Assembly (NCBI GenBank): GCA_902796965.1
Contig: CADBRA010000024.1
Span: forward strand, 13,706-77,705
DNA length: 64,000 nucleotides
From: an uncultured Eubacteriales bacterium
GTDB lineage: Bacteria; Bacillota; Clostridia; Peptostreptococcales; Anaerovoracaceae
Direction: 5' to 3'
Shown here: positions 28,279-38,341 of the stretch, one piece after another
How positions within the stretch are numbered: position 1 is the stretch's first letter
Layout: each line of letters opens with the position of its first letter
Notes under the pieces: generated by a model
Told to the model about the DNA's origin: nothing
The model's database searches: none
Seen by the model: only the letters and a program-made list of their open reading frames with translations
Program-made: the position numbers and the translations under genes

Positions 28279-29571
28279 TTATTTCTGTACCCTGATAACA
28301 CTGTCCACAGATTTTACAAACGACCTGTTTGTTATTTCCTGAAGAGCCTCGTCGAGAACTTCTCTGCTTGTCTCATAAAATATGAATACAAGAGGAACGC
28401 TTTCGTCTTCATTTCTGCTCTGGATGCTCTGCATCATAGATTCTATGCCAATACCGTATCTGCCAAGCGTCGATGATATATTCCCGAGAATGCCAGGTCT
28501 GTCGTCGACGGAAAGTCTCACATAATACTGATTGACACCTTCGCCGACGTATTCGAGATCGGAGTCATATCTGAGCAGCGGCTTCATGTCGTATGCGCTG
28601 TCCTTGTCGATGTTTCTCGCGATGCTGATCATGTCGCCCACGACAGCGCTTCCTGTAGGAAGAGGGCCGGCGCCCTTGCCGTAGAACATGATGTCATCGA
28701 CTGCGTTACCTCTGACGAAAATAGCGTTGAACTCGTTGTTTACAGAAGCGAGCGGATGGTTTACATCTATGAGCGCCGGCTGAACGTCGCACTCCACTTT
28801 ATCGCCGATCTTCTTCGCGGCAGCGAGCAGCTTTATCTTGCATCCAAAGCGGTTCGCGTAATCTATATCGACCTGATTAATGTTGGTGATACCCTGTGTC
28901 GGTATTTCCTCCGGCGGCACATTTACGCCGAATATGAGAGACATGAGTATCGACAGTTTGTTCGCCACATCGATACCCTCTACATCGCTCGTCGGATCAG
29001 CCTCTGCGAAGCCCTTTGCCTGGGCTTCCTTAAGCACGTCAGCATATTTCTGCTGAAAATCAGTCATCTTAGTGAGTATATAGTTCGTTGTTCCGTTCAG
29101 TATGCCAAGAACCTCAGTGAAGTCATTTGAGAGCAGCGCACTCGTGAGAGCATTTATGATAGGAATGCCTCCGCCGACACTGGCCTCGAAACGGAGCATT
29201 ACATGATTTTCTGTAGCGAGCTTCTGGAGCATCTCGCCGTTTGCGGCAAGTGCTGCCTTGTTTGCAGTTACAACGTGCTTACCATTTTTTATAGCTTCAG
29301 CCATATATGTCGTAGCAGGTTCTATGCCGCCAATCAGTTCAACGACAATATCGATATTTGGGTCTTTTATAATCGAATCGACATCCTGCACATAGACAGA
29401 CTTGTCGATGGCGATTCCACGGTCCTTTTCAGGATGTCTGTTGAGTATCTTCGTTATCCTGAGGTCGATTCCCGTGGACTCAAGTATTTTTTCCCGGTTC
29501 AGCTGCAGCGTGCGGTATGTTCCCGTGCCGACATTGCCTATCCCCAGGATTCCTGCATTGACGGTTTTCAT
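28279..29571 (-). CDS. hom: Homoserine dehydrogenase with a C-terminal ACT domain
   Basis: GILGIGNVGTG Rossmann motif; 430 aa. SD AGGAGG. Confidence 0.92.
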   Translation of the reverse strand: MKTVNAGILGIGNVGTGTYRTLQLNREKILESTGIDLRITKILNRHPEKDRGIAIDKSVYVQDVDSIIKDPNIDIVVELIGGIEPATTYMAEAIKNGKHVVTANKAALAANGEMLQKLATENHVMLRFEASVGGGIPIINALTSALLSNDFTEVLGILNGTTNYILTKMTDFQQKYADVLKEAQAKGFAEADPTSDVEGIDVANKLSILMSLIFGVNVPPEEIPTQGITNINQVDIDYANRFGCKIKLLAAAKKIGDKVECDVQPALIDVNHPLASVNNEFNAIFVRGNAVDDIMFYGKGAGPLPTGSAVVGDMISIARNIDKDSAYDMKPLLRYDSDLEYVGEGVNQYYVRLSVDDRPGILGNISSTLGRYGIGIESMMQSIQSRNEDESVPLVFIFYETSREVLDEALQEITNRSFVKSVDSVIRVQK

Positions 29572-29647
29572 TTATTAGTTCCTCCTGAAACATTCAATTT
29601 CTCTGCCGGCGCGGTATTTGGACCATGCGGGCAATACGTTGAGTAAA

Positions 29648-29676
29648 ATTATATAATACTTTTTTTTCTATGTCCA
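29648..29676 (-). promoter_or_regulatory. Candidate sigma-A promoter of hom (TGGACA-17-TATAAT)
   Basis: The minus strand reads TTGGACAtagaaaaaaaagtattaTATAAT, about 75 nt upstream of the ATG. Confidence 0.5.
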
Positions 29677-29984
29677 ATATATACGTGATGTTATTGCATT
29701 AACGCTGTGATAAGAAACAGGCATGAAAATACACACTTGCGTCAGCTCCGCTGACAGGCACGCCGGCACGTCATCAGAATCCGCCGATACGCTGGCAGTA
29801 AGCCGTCACATTCCGCTATCCGTCCCGGCACCATCACCGCGGCAGCCTCTGTCTTTCCCTGTCACTGCACGCCGGCGATTGATTTCTGAACTGCTTACGC
29901 GACGGCATTGCGTCACATTCACTGCCCCGGAAAACATGCGCCCCTGATGCATAACGTCGTAGGCCTCTTCATACGCGCTGCTAA

Positions 29985-30995
29985 TCATTTTTCTGAGAGC
30001 AGCGCCGCCATACCAAGGCGCGCTGTCCCCACTGCGTTATCTGACGACAAAGAGCTTTCCCCGAACACGGCGCGGACTCCTGAATGCGCGAGGCGGTCTG
30101 TAAGCTCCTCCCTGAGAAACGCGCTCGATGCCACACCGCCTGCCAGAATTACGCTGTCCGCGCCAGCATCTCTGCAGGCAGCCGCGGTCATGTCGGCGAC
30201 GGCGTCAGAAACGCGCATAAACAGCTCCGCAGCAATCTTTTCGCGGCTGACGCCTGTGTCAGCGGCCTTCAGGCACGATGTCTCAATTCCGGATAGATTT
30301 GCATATGTTCCATTGAGATGGACAGGACTAAGCACCGGATCGTCATATACTCGCCTACCGCGTCTCGAAAAATGATATTTCAGATCCGACAGACCGCATA
30401 GTGCGGCTGCATCCATGTCTGGGCCGGCTGGAAATTCAAATCCGAGCGCAACTCCGGTTCTGTCTATAAGCTGACCGAACGAAATATCGAGCGTCCCTCC
30501 GGCTCTGCCGACCGGCATACATCCGCGGAGCACGAGTATTTCGCCGGTGCCGCCGGAAAGGTGAAATGCCACCGACGCCTTGTCACTCGGTAGTACGCCA
30601 GCAGCAGCAGCTATGTGCCCCTCTTGATGAGAAAACTCATAAAACGGCACATGCAGTGCGGAAGCTATGCTCTTTCCAGTATTCAGACCTGCAAGAAATA
30701 CAGGCATATACGATCCTTCTACCGGTCTTGGCCTCGAGCTGGCCGCAACGGCTGCGATCGTGAAGCCCCCACGCTCGATTTTCTCACAGACCATCTCAGT
30801 TAATTCCGCTATGTTGTTTATGTGCTGAAAAAGGGCCTGCGACTGCCGCAGACCCCGTTCGCCTTTTTCAACTGAAAGATGAATGCGCTCATCGGCGCAC
30901 ACAATGCCTCCTTTAGCAGCAGCGGCCGCAGATGTTGTGTATGCGCTCGTGTCGAACGCCAGGACAGCTCTGCTGCCTCTATGCTTTTTCTCCAT
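29985..30995 (-). CDS. Kae1/TsaD (Peptidase_M22, ASKHA fold) family paralogue
   Basis: The HQEGH metal motif, GGVASS and SSDNAVG align by eye with TsaD HxxxH, GGVxxN and CTDNxAM. The N-terminus ([10 protein letters not shown]) diverges from GIETSCDET. The gene overlaps the nusB stop by 17 nt. Confidence 0.65.
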   Translation of the reverse strand: MEKKHRGSRAVLAFDTSAYTTSAAAAAKGGIVCADERIHLSVEKGERGLRQSQALFQHINNIAELTEMVCEKIERGGFTIAAVAASSRPRPVEGSYMPVFLAGLNTGKSIASALHVPFYEFSHQEGHIAAAAGVLPSDKASVAFHLSGGTGEILVLRGCMPVGRAGGTLDISFGQLIDRTGVALGFEFPAGPDMDAAALCGLSDLKYHFSRRGRRVYDDPVLSPVHLNGTYANLSGIETSCLKAADTGVSREKIAAELFMRVSDAVADMTAAACRDAGADSVILAGGVASSAFLREELTDRLAHSGVRAVFGESSLSSDNAVGTARLGMAALLSEK

Positions 30996-31380
30996 CGACG
31001 AGACCTCCGAGCAGTCCGTTTATGAATTTCGATGATTTGTCAGTACCGTACTTTTTTGCCAGACCAACGGCTTCATTTATGGACACTGAATCCGGAATTT
31101 CTTTAATATAAAGTATTTCCGCAGCCGCCACTCTCAGTATCGCGAGATCTACAGACGCCATCCTCGACGTCTTCCACTTTCTACTGTGACTGTTTATCTG
31201 ACTGTCTATATCTTCCTTATGCTCTGAGATTACTTCATACAGCTTTTCGAAATATATGCCCGGTTCTTTTTCTGGCACATTTTCGACGAACCTGCCATAT
31301 TCTTCTATGCTGAAATCACCGTTTATTTCCATCTCGTAAATCATCTTCATGAGGTTCTCTCTGTCGGATTTTCTGCTCAT
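30979..31380 (-). CDS. nusB: Transcription antitermination factor NusB
   Basis: 133 aa with [22 protein letters not shown] and KFINGLLG. Confidence 0.92.
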   Translation of the reverse strand: MSRKSDRENLMKMIYEMEINGDFSIEEYGRFVENVPEKEPGIYFEKLYEVISEHKEDIDSQINSHSRKWKTSRMASVDLAILRVAAAEILYIKEIPDSVSINEAVGLAKKYGTDKSSKFINGLLGGLVDGEKA

Positions 31381-31407
31381 ATCTCTCCTCTGTCAACGTA
31401 TTTGACA

Positions 31408-31752
31408 TCATTCGATATTAAAATGAATTTTCTGGACGTGGACATCTACGCCGTCCACCGTGATATTGCCCAGTTCTTCCACATGTTTCTTTATATTTTT
31501 CTGAATATTCCAGGCGATAGAAGGAATCTGATATCCATACTCTATCACAAGCGTAACGTCTATTCTGACGCGTCCGCCGCTGCGGTTTATCTTAACTCCG
31601 GGCGCCTCGACAGTCATCCCGAGTAGGTTCTCCTGTATCGACTCTGTAAAACCTGGTACGAGCGAATAAACTCCAATCGTCTTGAGAGCGGCATCCGCAG
31701 CCGCCGATGCAACATCAGCATCAGATACATTCTGTTCGTTTTCATCAGCCAT
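31408..31752 (-). CDS. Asp23/Gls24-family envelope stress protein
   Basis: 114 aa. The Asp23-like sequence and its position upstream of nusB are typical of Firmicutes. Confidence 0.8.
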   Translation of the reverse strand: MADENEQNVSDADVASAAADAALKTIGVYSLVPGFTESIQENLLGMTVEAPGVKINRSGGRVRIDVTLVIEYGYQIPSIAWNIQKNIKKHVEELGNITVDGVDVHVQKIHFNIE

Positions 31753-31765
31753 ATTACATCGTGCC

Positions 31766-33010
31766 TCAGTCTTCCCTGCTCCGTCTCAGCATATATCCAG
31801 GAGCCACAGCATATTTAACCGGCATCGTCACGATCTGCTGAGGATGCGGAGCTACAGTAATGCTGATGCCCTCAGCATCCCTCAGTCCTTCAACATCCTG
31901 GCTGAAGAACGAAGCACTTCCTGGTCCGAATATCTCTATCTCTTCGCCCTCGCGGAAATTGTTGCGCTGCTCTATCGTTGCAACATGAGTTTCGCTGTTG
32001 TACGCACGCACGACTCCTATAAATGAGTATTCACGCACATAAGCACTCGATTCGTAATTCTGAGCCTCCTCTCCCGGTTTCCCATAGAAAAAACCAGTAG
32101 AAAAATGACGGTGACTCGCCTTCGAAAGCTCAGTCAGCCATTCCGGCTTGAATCTGTAATGCTCAGGATCTCTGTAATATTCGTCTATTGCCTCGCGGTA
32201 TACTCTGACCACATTTGCCAGATAAAACACCGATTTCATGCGTCCCTCAATCTTGGCGCTCGAAATTCCGAGCTCTGCCAGATCAGGAATATGCTCTATC
32301 ATGCACAGGTCTTTGGAGTTGAGTATATATGATCCTCGTCCGTCCTCTTCAACAGGGAAATACTCGCCGGGCCTTTTTTCTTCAACAAGCGCATAGTGAT
32401 ATCTGCACGGATGTGCGCACATACCTCTGTTTGCGTCTCTTCCCGTCATATAATTGCTCAGTAGACATCTGCCTGAATACGACATGCACATTGCGCCATG
32501 CACAAAGACCTCGAGTTCCATGTCTTCGGGAAGTTTCTCTTTGAATTCAGCGAGCTCATTCAAACTCATTTCGCGCGCCGCAACGATCCGCTTTACACCA
32601 TGATCGTACCAGTACTTTGCAGTCAGATAATTCGTAGTATTCGCCTGAGTGCTGAGATGTATTTCGGCATCCGGCCTCTTTTCTTTAAGGATCATCATCA
32701 CGCCGGGATCAGATACGAGAAACGCATCGATGTCGATTTCAGCGATCGAATCCAGAAATCCCGGGAGTTCTTCTATATCCTCATTGTGTGCGAATATATT
32801 TATAGTCATGTAGACCTTCGCGCCGTGATCATGAGCGTAGGCAGTGCCCTCTGTCATCTCGTCCGCTGTGAAATTTCCCGCAGAAGCTCTGAGCGAGAAT
32901 CCGGCTCCGCCGAAATAGACGGCATCTGCACCGTAGTCTACAGCCACCTTCAGCTTTTCGAGATCGCCTGCGGGAGCGAGCAGCTCCATCTTCTTCATTA
33001 TGACAGTCAC
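31766..33010 (-). CDS. Peptidase U32 family protein (TrhP/YrrO-like, tRNA ho5U-associated)
   Basis: MELLAPAGDLEKLKVAVDYGADAVYFGG; 414 aa. It sits downstream of the trmR-like methyltransferase, as in B. subtilis yrrM-N-O. Confidence 0.85.
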   Translation of the reverse strand: MTVIMKKMELLAPAGDLEKLKVAVDYGADAVYFGGAGFSLRASAGNFTADEMTEGTAYAHDHGAKVYMTINIFAHNEDIEELPGFLDSIAEIDIDAFLVSDPGVMMILKEKRPDAEIHLSTQANTTNYLTAKYWYDHGVKRIVAAREMSLNELAEFKEKLPEDMELEVFVHGAMCMSYSGRCLLSNYMTGRDANRGMCAHPCRYHYALVEEKRPGEYFPVEEDGRGSYILNSKDLCMIEHIPDLAELGISSAKIEGRMKSVFYLANVVRVYREAIDEYYRDPEHYRFKPEWLTELSKASHRHFSTGFFYGKPGEEAQNYESSAYVREYSFIGVVRAYNSETHVATIEQRNNFREGEEIEIFGPGSASFFSQDVEGLRDAEGISITVAPHPQQIVTMPVKYAVAPGYMLRRSRED

Positions 33011-33017
33011 TCCTTTC

Positions 33018-33674
33018 TTATCTTACGACTGAAACCGAGATGCCGTCACCTGACGCAAGCAGTGAAGTGACGCATCTTTCATCATTAGTGATGCTTTCGA
33101 GAAATGCCCTCATGCGTCTGATGCTCGTTCTATGTCTCCTCCTTGATGAATCGTACTCGTCTGATGCCGTCGAGCCTCTCATGAGGATATTGTCGCAGAC
33201 TATCACGCTTCCGCATTCAACATGCTCAAACGCTGCGTTCCAGAATTCAAGATAATGGCTCTTGGCCGCATCAATGAACACGAAATCAAATGTTCCGTCG
33301 AGTTTTACAATCTCATCGCATGCATCACCGCATACGACATCGATCGTTGCGCTGTATCCGAGTCTCTCGATATTTGCTCTTGCCGTTTCAGCCATGGTCC
33401 GGTCTTTTTCTATGGTAACTACTTCAGCATCAGGACCTAACGCACACGCGAAGCACGACGAAGAAAACCCCGTTGCAGTACCGATCTCCAGGACACGCTT
33501 AGGCCCGATCATTGTGAGCATCGTTATGAGAAACTTTTCTGTATCGCGAAGAATCACTGGAATTCCCGCGGCTTCCGATTCATCTCTCAGTTTTCCAAGT
33601 CCTGGTGTAAGCGGCCTGTAAAAACCGTCAATATATTCTGTTATCTTAGGATTCGTTATAAATCTGTTTTCCAT
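33018..33674 (-). CDS. trmR: Class I SAM-dependent O-methyltransferase (YrrM/TrmR-like)
   Basis: SAM motif VLEIGTATGFS. I use the ATG at 33672-33674 (MENRFITNPK), 1 nt after the mltG stop. Confidence 0.75.
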   Translation of the reverse strand: MENRFITNPKITEYIDGFYRPLTPGLGKLRDESEAAGIPVILRDTEKFLITMLTMIGPKRVLEIGTATGFSSSCFACALGPDAEVVTIEKDRTMAETARANIERLGYSATIDVVCGDACDEIVKLDGTFDFVFIDAAKSHYLEFWNAAFEHVECGSVIVCDNILMRGSTASDEYDSSRRRHRTSIRRMRAFLESITNDERCVTSLLASGDGISVSVVR

Positions 33675-33675
33675 A

Positions 33676-34725
33676 TCAGTCTGTGAGAGACGAAAGATAA
33701 TCGTCTCTGTACGCGGCAAAATCATCTCCAGTAGCCGCGAAATTATGAGATCCGTCGCCTTTTGAGCTCACGACAAAATATAAATAGTCTGTACTTGCCG
33801 GATTCATGGCCGCTTCAAGTGACTTTTTGCCTGGAACAGCTATAGGTCCTGGTGGAAGACCGTCATAAAGATACGTATTATACGGCGAATCGATCTTAAG
33901 GTCAGAGTTGTATAATCTGGACTTGACCTTGCCGAGCGCAAACTGCACTGTCGAACAGAACTGCAGCTTCATGCCTTTGTCGAGTCTGTTGTAAACAACA
34001 CTCGCGACATCAGCTCTCTCGCTGTCAAGCTTTGCTTCACGCTCTATGAGCGATGCTACTGTCACGATCTGATTTTCATTATATTTCGATGTTACAGCGC
34101 TGTCAGCCGACGTTATGAGACCGTTATACACGTCGTTGAAATGCGACAGCATCTTGTCTATTGCCGCATGCGGATCGCTGTCTTTATAGAGCTCGTATGT
34201 GTCAGGGAAAAGATATCCCTCAAGTCTGTGCTCGCCTGTTACTGCTCCGCTCAGAAACTCATAATCAAACTGTCCGTTTTCAGATTCAGCAATGAAGTCA
34301 TCGGCACTGCACACTCCGCTTTTTTCCATCTTTTCTGCAATCTGTTTTACAGTATATCCCTCCGGAATAGTTACGTTTACAGTATTAGCATTATCTCTGC
34401 CCTTTATCAGAATCTCTGATATCTCGGTCATAGTCATAGAAGGTGAAAGACTGTACGTTCCGGCCTTGTACTCCGCACCGTCCATCTTGGCGCGCATCCT
34501 GAAGGCAAGCTCGTTATTGATGATGCCGTCATCCTTGAGAATCCCGGCTATTGCAGTTGTGGAACTTCCGTCAGGAATCACAACGTTCGTCTGCGTGGTA
34601 TTGCTGCTGTCGGCAGCCTTTGTCGTCTGACTGTAAATATATATGAAGCCGGCCAGCGCTGCCACGGCTGCTATGAGTATTACGATCAGAACATTTCTGA
34701 GTATATGGCTTTTCTTCTTTGTCAT
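33676..34725 (-). CDS. mltG: Endolytic murein transglycosylase MltG (YceG family)
   Basis: N-terminal TM helix and a YceG-like domain (LIEREA...YNTY...GLPPGPI). Confidence 0.9.
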   Translation of the reverse strand: MTKKKSHILRNVLIVILIAAVAALAGFIYIYSQTTKAADSSNTTQTNVVIPDGSSTTAIAGILKDDGIINNELAFRMRAKMDGAEYKAGTYSLSPSMTMTEISEILIKGRDNANTVNVTIPEGYTVKQIAEKMEKSGVCSADDFIAESENGQFDYEFLSGAVTGEHRLEGYLFPDTYELYKDSDPHAAIDKMLSHFNDVYNGLITSADSAVTSKYNENQIVTVASLIEREAKLDSERADVASVVYNRLDKGMKLQFCSTVQFALGKVKSRLYNSDLKIDSPYNTYLYDGLPPGPIAVPGKKSLEAAMNPASTDYLYFVVSSKGDGSHNFAATGDDFAAYRDDYLSSLTD

Positions 34726-34861
34726 AAATCACACTGCTTTCTTTTTCAATAATATGAAAATCACCGCTGAAGGCAAAGAGTCTAACATTAAATATTATAA
34801 TCCGTCCGTAAATGCGGGCACTTAGCGCACAGGACTTTATCGTCCGAGTCCTTTTTCAGCA

Positions 34862-34899
34862 GAAAAAAAGCTGCTTCAGAGTCAAGGCTCTGAAACAGC
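34862..34899 (-). terminator. Rho-independent terminator after efp
   Basis: 12-bp stem (GCTGTTTCAGAG/CTCTGAAGCAGC, 1 mismatch) with a 6-nt loop, followed by TTTTTTT on the minus strand. Confidence 0.75.
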
Positions 34900-34916
34900 G
34901 GAAATTATTATTAATC

Positions 34917-35486
34917 TTATTTTTCAGCCTTTGCTCTGCCGAGATATTCTCCTGTACGGGTATCGATCTGGATAAGCTCGCCTTCCTCGATGAAAATAGG
35001 AACCTGAATTACAGCTCCTGTCTCGACTGTAGCAGCCTTTGTAACATTTGTAGCCGTGTTTCCCTTTACGCCCGGCTCTGTCTCTGTAACCACAAGGTTT
35101 ACGAAGTTAGGAGCCTCAACCTGAAATGCGTTGCCGTCGTAGAATTTTATGGTAACTTCATCGTTTTCCTTGATGTATTTTATAGCTTCGGCGACCTGAT
35201 CTGCTGAAAGCGGAATAAGATCATAAGTCTCTTCATCCATGAAGTAATAGAGATCGCCGTCTGTGTAGCTGTACTGCATCGTTTTCGTTTCTATTATCGC
35301 GTTTTCGAACTTTTCGTTAGGGTTGAACGCATCTTCTCTTGTAGCGCCAGTTAGGATGTTTCTGTACTTTGTCCTGACGAACGCAGCTCCCTTGCCAGGC
35401 TTTACGTGCTGGAAGTCGAGTACCACGCACGGTTCTCCGTTGAGCACAAATGTTACGCCTTTTCTGAAATCTCCTGCAGTTACCAT
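34917..35486 (-). CDS. efp: Elongation factor P
   Basis: [17 protein letters not shown] loop; 189 aa. Confidence 0.95.
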   Translation of the reverse strand: MVTAGDFRKGVTFVLNGEPCVVLDFQHVKPGKGAAFVRTKYRNILTGATREDAFNPNEKFENAIIETKTMQYSYTDGDLYYFMDEETYDLIPLSADQVAEAIKYIKENDEVTIKFYDGNAFQVEAPNFVNLVVTETEPGVKGNTATNVTKAATVETGAVIQVPIFIEEGELIQIDTRTGEYLGRAKAEK

Positions 35487-35513
35487 AATATCAGTCCTCC
35501 GTTATATCAAAAA

Positions 35514-36599
35514 TCATAAAATTATCAGTCTTTTATCTGATTCAGTGAGATCAATTATACCATCTTCCGTAATTACCGACAAGTCTTCTATGCGGACTCC
35601 GAATTCACCCGGAATATATATGCCCGGTTCGTTTGAGATAATCATGCCTGTTTCTAGCACATCTCTGCTGACAGGACTTGCCACAGGAGCCTCATGTATC
35701 TCAAGGCCTGTGCCGTGACCATTCGCGTGTCCGAAGCAGCCTTCAAATCCGGCTCCGTATATCACATCTCTGGCTGCCTTGTCGACATCGAAACCCTTTA
35801 CGCCAGCTTTCATAGTATCTGCAGCAGCCTGCTGAGCGTTGAGCACAGTTTCGTAGACGAGCTTCTGTTTTTCCGACACATGTCCGACCGCTACTGTCCT
35901 CGTCATATCTGAGCAGTATCCTCTGTATTTGCAGCCGAAATCCATCGTCACAAAATCTCCGTCCTCAATCAGCTTATTGCTCGGTTCACCGTGAGGCATT
36001 GATGTGCGGACTCCTGACACGCAGATCGTGTCGAACGAAAGACCCGATGCTCCCAGCTCGCGCATCTTCAGCTCCAGCCTTAGCGCTATATCCTTTTCAC
36101 TCACTCCCGGTTTTATTTCGCCGAGAATATATGAAAATGCCATGTCTCCGATGTGCTCTGCCTGTCTGGTCGCTTCTATCTCCGTTTCGTCCTTTATGCT
36201 TCTTATCTTTTCTACGACACCGTCAAACGGCACGATTTCAGTATCCGTAAGATCTTCCGTTATTTTCTTATAGAAAGCAGCCGAGATATCCTGATATTCA
36301 ACTGCCAGTGTTTCATAGCTCTTTTCTCTGAGAAAACTCTCGAGTGAATATCCCGCCTTGACCTCAACCAGCTCATAAAGCGGTGAAAGGCCGCCCGCTG
36401 CTTCCCTGTATCTGAAGTCAGTGATGACATAATTAGCATCTGATGTTATGACGAGCTGATATGAAGATGAATGAAATCCTGAAAGATAATATTTGTTCTC
36501 TTCCTTCGTCACCAGGAACGCACTGTAACCTTTTTCGGAAAGTTTCCCGCGCACTTCCTCCACTCTCTTCTGAAGCAGTTCCTCTTCTTCCTTTTCCAT
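35514..36599 (-). CDS. pepP: Xaa-Pro aminopeptidase (M24B)
   Basis: HGHGTGLEIHE and EPGIY metal-ligand motifs. It sits upstream of efp, as in Bacillus. Confidence 0.88.
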   Translation of the reverse strand: MEKEEEELLQKRVEEVRGKLSEKGYSAFLVTKEENKYYLSGFHSSSYQLVITSDANYVITDFRYREAAGGLSPLYELVEVKAGYSLESFLREKSYETLAVEYQDISAAFYKKITEDLTDTEIVPFDGVVEKIRSIKDETEIEATRQAEHIGDMAFSYILGEIKPGVSEKDIALRLELKMRELGASGLSFDTICVSGVRTSMPHGEPSNKLIEDGDFVTMDFGCKYRGYCSDMTRTVAVGHVSEKQKLVYETVLNAQQAAADTMKAGVKGFDVDKAARDVIYGAGFEGCFGHANGHGTGLEIHEAPVASPVSRDVLETGMIISNEPGIYIPGEFGVRIEDLSVITEDGIIDLTESDKRLIIL

Positions 36600-36632
36600 A
36601 TGCTGCGCCTCTTATTCTTTATTATTATGTGC

Positions 36633-38327
36633 CTATACTTCCAGGAATATAGGGAGTATTATCGGACTCCTCTTCGTCTGTTCATATACAAACTCTCTGA
36701 GAGAATCTCTGACAGCACTCTTCATAGAAGACCAGTCCGTGAGCCCTCTGTCTATGCAGTCTTCGAGAGCCTGCGTGACGATTACTTTTGCCGTGCCCAT
36801 AAGATCTTCCGACTCTCTGACATATACAAATCCTCTCGAGATGAGTTCCGGGCCCGACACTATATAGTTTGAACCGGCTTCCACTGCTGTCACTACGACT
36901 ATGAGACCGCTCTCCGACATCAGTTTTCTGTCTCTCAGCACGATCTTTCCTACGTCGCCGACTCCAAGTCCGTCTACCATGACGCTTCCGGCAGGAACAT
37001 CCTTTTTCTCAAGCCTTGCTGCGTTCTGCGACACATCCAGCACGCTTCCGTTATGCATCAGGAATATGTTTTCCTTAGGCATTCCCAGCGATTTGGCAAT
37101 CTCTGCGTGAGTGTGAAGGTGTTTGAACTCGCCGTGAACAGGCGCGAAATACTTCGGCCTGAGCAGCATCTGTATCATCTTGAGTTCTTCCTGGCACGGA
37201 TGTCCCGAAACGTGTATATCTGCTATATCAGAGTAGATTACATTCGCACCTTTTTCGAGGAGTTTGTTAACTACATTTGATATTGTTTTTTCATTTCCGG
37301 GTATCGGACTCGACGAAAGCACCACAGTGTCTCCAGGCTTTATCTTTACTGATTTGTGCTCGTCTGATGCCATTCTAGTAAGAGCCGACATAGGCTCACC
37401 CTGGCTTCCTGTTGTAATCAGAACGACCTCTTTGTCCTTCAGCGAGTTTATCTTGCCGATGTCTACCATCGTGTTGTCAGGGACGTCGAGATAACCGAGT
37501 TCCGATGCGATGGCCACGATGTTTATCATGCTGCGCCCCGATACTGCAACTTTTTTGCGGCTTTCGTGCGCAAGGTTCATAATATATTGAACTCTGTTCA
37601 CGTTAGACGCAAATGTAGCTATTATTATCCTGCCTTTTGCCGTCGCAAATATGCTGTCAAGCGTGCCTGCAACCGTCTGCTCTGACGGCGTATACCCTTT
37701 TCTCAATGCATTTGTACTGTCAGCCATGAGCAGCAGCACACCTTTTCTTCCGATCTCGGCGAATCTTTGGAAATCTATAGGATCGCCTTTGAGAGGCGTG
37801 TAGTCGATTTTGAAATCTCCGGTATGAAATATGAGACCGGCAGGCGTGTCAATCGCAAATGCACATGCCCCCGCTATGGAATGTGTAATGTTGAGAACTT
37901 CTATCTTGAACGATCCGATCTGAAGTCTGTCTCCCGGCTCTATCTCTCTCAGATCAGCCCTGAGGCCGTGCTCTATCAGTTTATTCTGGATGAGTCCGAG
38001 CGTCAGAGCTGTCCCGTAAATCGGAACAGATATGCGCCTGAGCAGGTATGGTATTCCGCCTATGTGGTCCTCGTGTCCATGAGTGATGACTACTGCCTTC
38101 AGCTTCTCTGCATTTTCGATAATATATGACATATCGGGAATGACGATATCTATTCCGTACATCTCGTCACTCGGGAAAGTCATGCCGCAGTCGATCAGTA
38201 GCATTTCATCTTTGTAGCGGAGAACTGTCATGTTTTTTCCGATTTCGCCCAGTCCTCCGAGAGGAATAACCTGAACAGCAGGATCCTGTTTGTTTTTTCC
38301 TCTCGATCTTGAATTTCTGTTTCTCAA
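36633..38327 (-). CDS. rnj: Ribonuclease J
   Basis: Beta-CASP MBL fold with THGHEDHIGG; 564 aa. Confidence 0.92.
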   Translation of the reverse strand: MRNRNSRSRGKNKQDPAVQVIPLGGLGEIGKNMTVLRYKDEMLLIDCGMTFPSDEMYGIDIVIPDMSYIIENAEKLKAVVITHGHEDHIGGIPYLLRRISVPIYGTALTLGLIQNKLIEHGLRADLREIEPGDRLQIGSFKIEVLNITHSIAGACAFAIDTPAGLIFHTGDFKIDYTPLKGDPIDFQRFAEIGRKGVLLLMADSTNALRKGYTPSEQTVAGTLDSIFATAKGRIIIATFASNVNRVQYIMNLAHESRKKVAVSGRSMINIVAIASELGYLDVPDNTMVDIGKINSLKDKEVVLITTGSQGEPMSALTRMASDEHKSVKIKPGDTVVLSSSPIPGNEKTISNVVNKLLEKGANVIYSDIADIHVSGHPCQEELKMIQMLLRPKYFAPVHGEFKHLHTHAEIAKSLGMPKENIFLMHNGSVLDVSQNAARLEKKDVPAGSVMVDGLGVGDVGKIVLRDRKLMSESGLIVVVTAVEAGSNYIVSGPELISRGFVYVRESEDLMGTAKVIVTQALEDCIDRGLTDWSSMKSAVRDSLREFVYEQTKRSPIILPIFLEV

Positions 38328-38341
38328 AAAAATCCTCCGTC

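Noticed and set aside
29723-29988. 74-aa (plus) and 60-aa (minus) ORFs in the GC-rich spacer downstream of the Kae1/TsaD paralogue
   Set aside because: They have no SD, are Arg/Ser/Pro/Ala-rich as expected from random GC-rich DNA, and overlap each other on opposite strands.
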